Assembly (NCBI GenBank): GCA_965250285.1
Contig: OZ252299.1
Location: 4,960,001-5,024,000 of the forward strand
Source of the DNA: Myxococcota bacterium
Lineage (GTDB): Bacteria; Myxococcota_A; UBA9160; UBA4427
Direction of reading: 5' to 3'
Length of the DNA stretch: 64,000 bases
In this document: positions 60,053 to 64,000 of the stretch, in pieces
Layout of the letters: each line of letters begins with the position of its first letter
Numbering within the stretch: the first letter of the stretch is position 1
Translations under genes and position numbers: made by a program
The notes under the pieces: model-generated
What the model was told of the DNA's origin: nothing
Database searches by the model: none
Seen by the model: the letters and a program-made list of their open reading frames with translations, nothing else

Positions 60053-61132
60053 ATGGCGAAGTACGAGAATCGGATTCGAGAGGCGACGGAGCGGGCGCGG
60101 GAGCTGGAGGGCCAGCTGTCGAATCCCGAGATCGCCAAGGACGCGGGGCAGTTCCAGAAGCTCGCGCGCGAGCTGGGCGATCTTCGGCCCATCGTCGAAG
60201 GCGGCGAGCGTTACATGGCCGTGGTTTCACAGCTGGCGGACGCTCGGGTGATGGCCGACGACGACGACGCCGACATGGCCGAGATGGCCCGCGCCGAAAT
60301 CGGCGAGCTCGAGAGTGAGCTCGAGGCGCTCGAGACCGAGCTGCACGATCTGATGGCGCCGAAGGATCCCAACGACAGCAAGAATGCGCTGCTCGAGATT
60401 CGCGCGGGGGCGGGGGGCGACGAGGCCGCGCTCTTCGCGGCCGACCTGTTTCGAATGTACACGCGCTATGCCGAGACGCTCGGTTGGAAGATCGAGATGC
60501 TCTCGTCGAGTGAGACGCCAGGAGGCGGCTTCAAGGAGGTCGTTGCCATGGTGAAGGGGCCCGACGTGTTCAGCCGCTTCAAGTACGAGCGCGGCGTGCA
60601 CCGGGTTCAGCGCGTGCCTGCGACCGAGAGCCAGGGGCGCATCCATACCTCGACCGTGACCGTGGCGGTGATGCCCGAAGCCGAAGAGGTCGATGTCGAC
60701 ATCGACCAGAACGATCTGCGAATCGACGTCATGCGGGCCGGTGGACCGGGCGGTCAGAGCGTCAACACGACCGACTCGGCGGTGCGCATCACGCACCTGC
60801 CCACGGGTCTCATCGTTCAGTGCCAGGACGAGAAGAGCCAGCACAAGAACAAGGCGAAGGCGATGACCGTGCTGCGCGCCCGACTCTACGCGCTCGAAGA
60901 GGAGCGGCTCGCGAGCGAGCGCGCCGAAGACCGGCGCAGCCAGGTCGGCACGGGTGAGCGCAGCGAGAAGATCCGCACCTACAACTTTCCGCAGAGCCGC
61001 GTGACCGATCACCGCGCCAACATCACGCTGCACAAGCTCGATCAGGTGATGGCGGGGGATCTCGGAGAGCTGCTCGACGGTGTGAAGAAGAAGATCCTGG
61101 CCGAGCAGGAACTCGAGCGGGCGCCCGGGTGA
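60053..61132 (+). CDS. prfA: peptide chain release factor 1
   Basis: [17 protein letters not shown] (PxT), GGQ, RTYNFPQ. Confidence 0.97.
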   Translation: MAKYENRIREATERARELEGQLSNPEIAKDAGQFQKLARELGDLRPIVEGGERYMAVVSQLADARVMADDDDADMAEMARAEIGELESELEALETELHDLMAPKDPNDSKNALLEIRAGAGGDEAALFAADLFRMYTRYAETLGWKIEMLSSSETPGGGFKEVVAMVKGPDVFSRFKYERGVHRVQRVPATESQGRIHTSTVTVAVMPEAEEVDVDIDQNDLRIDVMRAGGPGGQSVNTTDSAVRITHLPTGLIVQCQDEKSQHKNKAKAMTVLRARLYALEEERLASERAEDRRSQVGTGERSEKIRTYNFPQSRVTDHRANITLHKLDQVMAGDLGELLDGVKKKILAEQELERAPG

Positions 61133-62007
61133 GTCAGGCCGACAGCGCGAAGACCAGCTGGACCGTCCTCGAGCTGCTGCGCTGGACGACCGACCACTTC
61201 ACGTCGAAGGGCATCGAGACGGCGCGCCTCGATGCCGAGCTGCTGCTCGCCCACGCCCTCGAGACCGAGCGGCTCCGGCTCTACGTCGACTTCGACAAGC
61301 CCGTGCTGCCCGACGAGCGCGCTCGCTTTCGCGATCTGGTGAAGCGCCGCGCGACCGACCGTGTGCCGGTGAGCCAGCTGCTGGGCGAGCGCGAGTTCTG
61401 GTCCCTGCCCTTTCGAGTGAGCGGCGACGTGCTCACCCCGCGCCCGGAAACCGAGACCCTGGTCGAGGCGGCGCTGGCCCGGCTGGGCGACGCCGAGGCC
61501 GCCTGGCGGGTCCTCGACATCGGCACCGGATCGGGGGCCATCGCCCTCAGTCTTGCGCGAGAACGGCCTCAAGCTGCCGTCACCGCTACGGATATTTCGT
61601 CCGCGGCCCTACAGATTGCACGCGCGAATGCCGATGAGTTGCAGGTTGGTGAACGACTGCGCTTCCTCGAGGGATCGATCTTCGAGCCCATCGAGGGGGA
61701 ACAGTTCGATCTGATCGTTTCGAACCCCCCGTATCTGGCCGGGTCGGCCCGCCAGTCGCTGCCGCCGGAGCTCGCACACGAGCCCGACGAAGCGCTCTTC
61801 GGGGGGCCCGACGGATACGAGGTGCTCCGGCCTCTGGCGGCCGGCGTGTTCGAGCACTTGGCGTCCGGTGGTCACGTTCTGGTCGAGATCGACCCCGGAC
61901 AGGCGCAGCAACTCGCGGAGTGGTTCGCGGAAGCGGGATTGGTCGAAGTTGAGACCCTGCGCGACCTGGCAGGGCGGCCGAGGGGGGTCGCTGCCAGGAG
62001 GTCGTAA
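61129..62007 (+). CDS. prmC: release factor glutamine methyltransferase
   Basis: PRPETE, DIGTGSG, SNPPY; GTGA overlap with prfA. Confidence 0.96.
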   Translation: MSQADSAKTSWTVLELLRWTTDHFTSKGIETARLDAELLLAHALETERLRLYVDFDKPVLPDERARFRDLVKRRATDRVPVSQLLGEREFWSLPFRVSGDVLTPRPETETLVEAALARLGDAEAAWRVLDIGTGSGAIALSLARERPQAAVTATDISSAALQIARANADELQVGERLRFLEGSIFEPIEGEQFDLIVSNPPYLAGSARQSLPPELAHEPDEALFGGPDGYEVLRPLAAGVFEHLASGGHVLVEIDPGQAQQLAEWFAEAGLVEVETLRDLAGRPRGVAARRS

Positions 62008-62018
62008 GGAAGACGAGC

Positions 62019-63386
62019 ATGGCAGCATCCACGGCCGCGAAGGCCCTGAAGATCATCACGCAAGGCGACGCCGACTTCGAGTCGAGCTGGCGGAAGATCT
62101 GCGATCGACACGTCGACGCGCACACCGCCCTCTTCGATGAGGTCGCCGAGCGCATCGAGAAGGTGCGCACGGGCGGCGACCGGGCTCTGATCGGAGCAAT
62201 CGAAGAGCACGACGGCGTCGAACTCGACCGCGTCGAGGTCACGCCGGCCGAGTGGGATCTCGGCTGCGAGTCGGTCGCGAGCAGCGACCGCGCCGCGATC
62301 GGCAAGGCCGCCATGCGGATCCGCGAGTTTCATCGCAAGCGCATCCCGTCGAGCTGGGAGATGCGCGAAGAAGGCGGCGGCTACATGGGCCAGCGCGTGC
62401 GGCCCCTCGCCCGGGTCGGCGTCTACGTGAGCGGTGCCCAGGGCCAGAACCCGTCTTCGGTGATCATGAACGCCACACCGGCTTCGGTGGTCGAGGTGCC
62501 CGAGATCGTGCTCGCGACGCCGGCCGGACCGAATGGTGAAGTGCCGCCCGAGATTCTGATGGCGGCGCGGGTCACGGGCGTGCATCGCGTCTTCAAGATG
62601 GGCGGGGCGCACGCGCTCTCTGCCCTCGCCTACGGTACGGCCTCGGTCCCCCGCGTCGACAAGATCGTCGGCTCGGGCGGCGCCGACGTGGCCGCGGCCA
62701 AGCGCCAGCTCTTCGGTGTGATCTCGGTCGACGCCGAAGCCGGCGGCCCTCGCGAGCTCTGCATCGTCGCCGACAAGGGCGCGACACCTTCGTGGATCGC
62801 GGCCGACCTGATCAGTCAGGCCGAGCACGCCGATGACGGCCGCATCGTGTTCGTGACCCACGTGAAGGGTCTCGTCACGAAGGTGCAGGATCAGCTCACC
62901 CGACAGCTGAAGGCGCTCGGCACCGACGGCAAGGCCGCAAAGAAGGTGCTCGCCTCGGGCGGCATCGCCATCGTCACGAAGAAGCTGCAGGATTCGATCG
63001 ATCTCGCGAATCAGTACGCGCCCGAGCACCTCGTGCTCGCCGTCGATCAGCCCGAGGTCGTGAGCAAGCAGGTCGAGAACGCGGGCGCGATCTATCTGGG
63101 GCACTACACCCCGGTGGCCGTGGGCGAGTACCTCGCGGGCCCGAACCATGTGCTGCCTCGTGGCGGCACGGCGCGCTTCTTCTCTCCGCTGGGCGTGGAT
63201 GACTTTCTCAAGCGCACGAGCTTCGTGAAGTTCGAACCGCCGAAGCTGCGCGAGCTGGGCCTCGACGTGATCCGACTGGCCGAGGTCGAGGGCAACGCGG
63301 CGCACGGCAAGTCGATCGATCTGCGGCTCCAGCGGATCCGGCGTGCGCGCCGCGAGCGCGAGGCCGCCCGAGAAGCCGAGCTCTAG
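62019..63386 (+). CDS. hisD: histidinol dehydrogenase homolog, divergent (possibly inactive)
   Basis: DLISQAEH, APEHL, AGPNHVLP and AEVEG..AH are present, but several conserved motifs are altered (see findings). Confidence 0.75.
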   Translation: MAASTAAKALKIITQGDADFESSWRKICDRHVDAHTALFDEVAERIEKVRTGGDRALIGAIEEHDGVELDRVEVTPAEWDLGCESVASSDRAAIGKAAMRIREFHRKRIPSSWEMREEGGGYMGQRVRPLARVGVYVSGAQGQNPSSVIMNATPASVVEVPEIVLATPAGPNGEVPPEILMAARVTGVHRVFKMGGAHALSALAYGTASVPRVDKIVGSGGADVAAAKRQLFGVISVDAEAGGPRELCIVADKGATPSWIAADLISQAEHADDGRIVFVTHVKGLVTKVQDQLTRQLKALGTDGKAAKKVLASGGIAIVTKKLQDSIDLANQYAPEHLVLAVDQPEVVSKQVENAGAIYLGHYTPVAVGEYLAGPNHVLPRGGTARFFSPLGVDDFLKRTSFVKFEPPKLRELGLDVIRLAEVEGNAAHGKSIDLRLQRIRRARREREAAREAEL

Positions 63387-63445
63387 CAACGACGAGAGAC
63401 CGCTCCGCGGCGCCTGCCGGGCGCGGGGCATCGGAGTCGACGGGC

Positions 63446-64000
63446 GTGCAGTCGATCGCTGAAACGATGATGCTCGTGACCTGCGCGTTGGCGGTCTACG
63501 TCGGCCTGCGGGTGTTGTGGATCTTCACGCGCACCCACGGTCTGGCCGAGCTCTCGATCGGCATCAACGTGCTCGGCATCGCGGTGGGCGGGCTGGTGCT
63601 GACGGTCGTCGGCGTCATGGGCAAGACGGATGGCTCCGCCTACGGTACGCCGACGTACAAGGTCGGCATCGCCTTCCTGGCGCTGCATCTCGTCGCCATC
63701 TACTTCGGCACGTGGAAGATCTTCCGCCCCGCGTCGAAGACCGTCTTCTGGCTCTGCGTGGCGTCGCTCGTGCCGATCGTGTTCTGGTACGTCATGGCGA
63801 GCGAGCACCAGGGCACGGTCTGGGTGCGGCCGGTGCTCTTTCAGATGATCCGAGGCCTGGGCATGACGTGGGCGGCGTTCGAGTGCTTCCACCACGCCGA
63901 CAAGCTGCGTCGACAGGCGGCCCTCGGGCTCGCCGATCCGATGATGGCCCACCGGTTCTGGCTCTGGGCGATCGGCGCGACTTCGGCGCTCGTGGTCTGC
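63446..64000 (+). CDS. hypothetical multi-pass membrane protein (runs off window end)
   Basis: Not in ORF track. Read manually from GTG 63446 (GGAG RBS): ..MMLVTCALAVYVGLRVLWIFTRTHGLAE..FRP..WAAFE..LRRQAALGLADPMMAHRFWLWAIG.., about 6 TM segments, open to 64000. Confidence 0.8.
   Translation, partial: MQSIAETMMLVTCALAVYVGLRVLWIFTRTHGLAELSIGINVLGIAVGGLVLTVVGVMGKTDGSAYGTPTYKVGIAFLALHLVAIYFGTWKIFRPASKTVFWLCVASLVPIVFWYVMASEHQGTVWVRPVLFQMIRGLGMTWAAFECFHHADKLRRQAALGLADPMMAHRFWLWAIGATSALVVC

Noticed and set aside
62019..63386. Sulfopropanediol dehydrogenase HpsN
   Set aside because: HpsN-type paralogs are expected to keep the GPGN NAD-binding motif, which is lost here, and no sulfonate genes are nearby.

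Overview
High-GC (roughly 70% by eye) bacterial chromosomal segment, mostly core genome. Gene content and order suggest a deltaproteobacterial/Myxococcota-type organism (inference). About 54 CDS are supportable: argH-dapF-dapA-dapB; PBP1B with a TPR lipoprotein and lspA; an IclR/acyl-CoA dehydrogenase/malic enzyme/biotin carboxylase block; tatBC; a signalling cluster; peptidases; gshA; trxB; the rng-rplU-rpmA-obgE-proB-proA-nadD-rsfS-comF run; selA; a MinD-like ATPase with a J-like/HTH partner; rluD-pgeF-rho; an S8 protease; an outer-membrane barrel; and prfA-prmC-hisD-like. I saw no tRNA, rRNA, CRISPR array, transposase or integrase. The best candidate for an undescribed system is at 17.8-24.3 kb (minus strand). 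A 903-aa fusion of a degenerate sigma54 activator, an acidic repeat linker and a His-bearing but apparently ATP-dead kinase module lies upstream of an intact NtrC-type activator. Next comes a readable sigma54 promoter (-24/-12 box, consensus IHF site, three related palindromes) in front of a REC-HD-GYP gene and a PilZ gene. Other notable items: a HisD homolog with substituted cofactor- and substrate-binding residues, a Cys-Gly-Leu C-terminal anchor on the S8 protease, an ~850-nt C-rich rho leader, an LpoP-like gene after PBP1B, and a tandem pair of 146-bp structured repeats. Start codons were chosen by eye from RBS and family length, and several are uncertain. No database searches were run.
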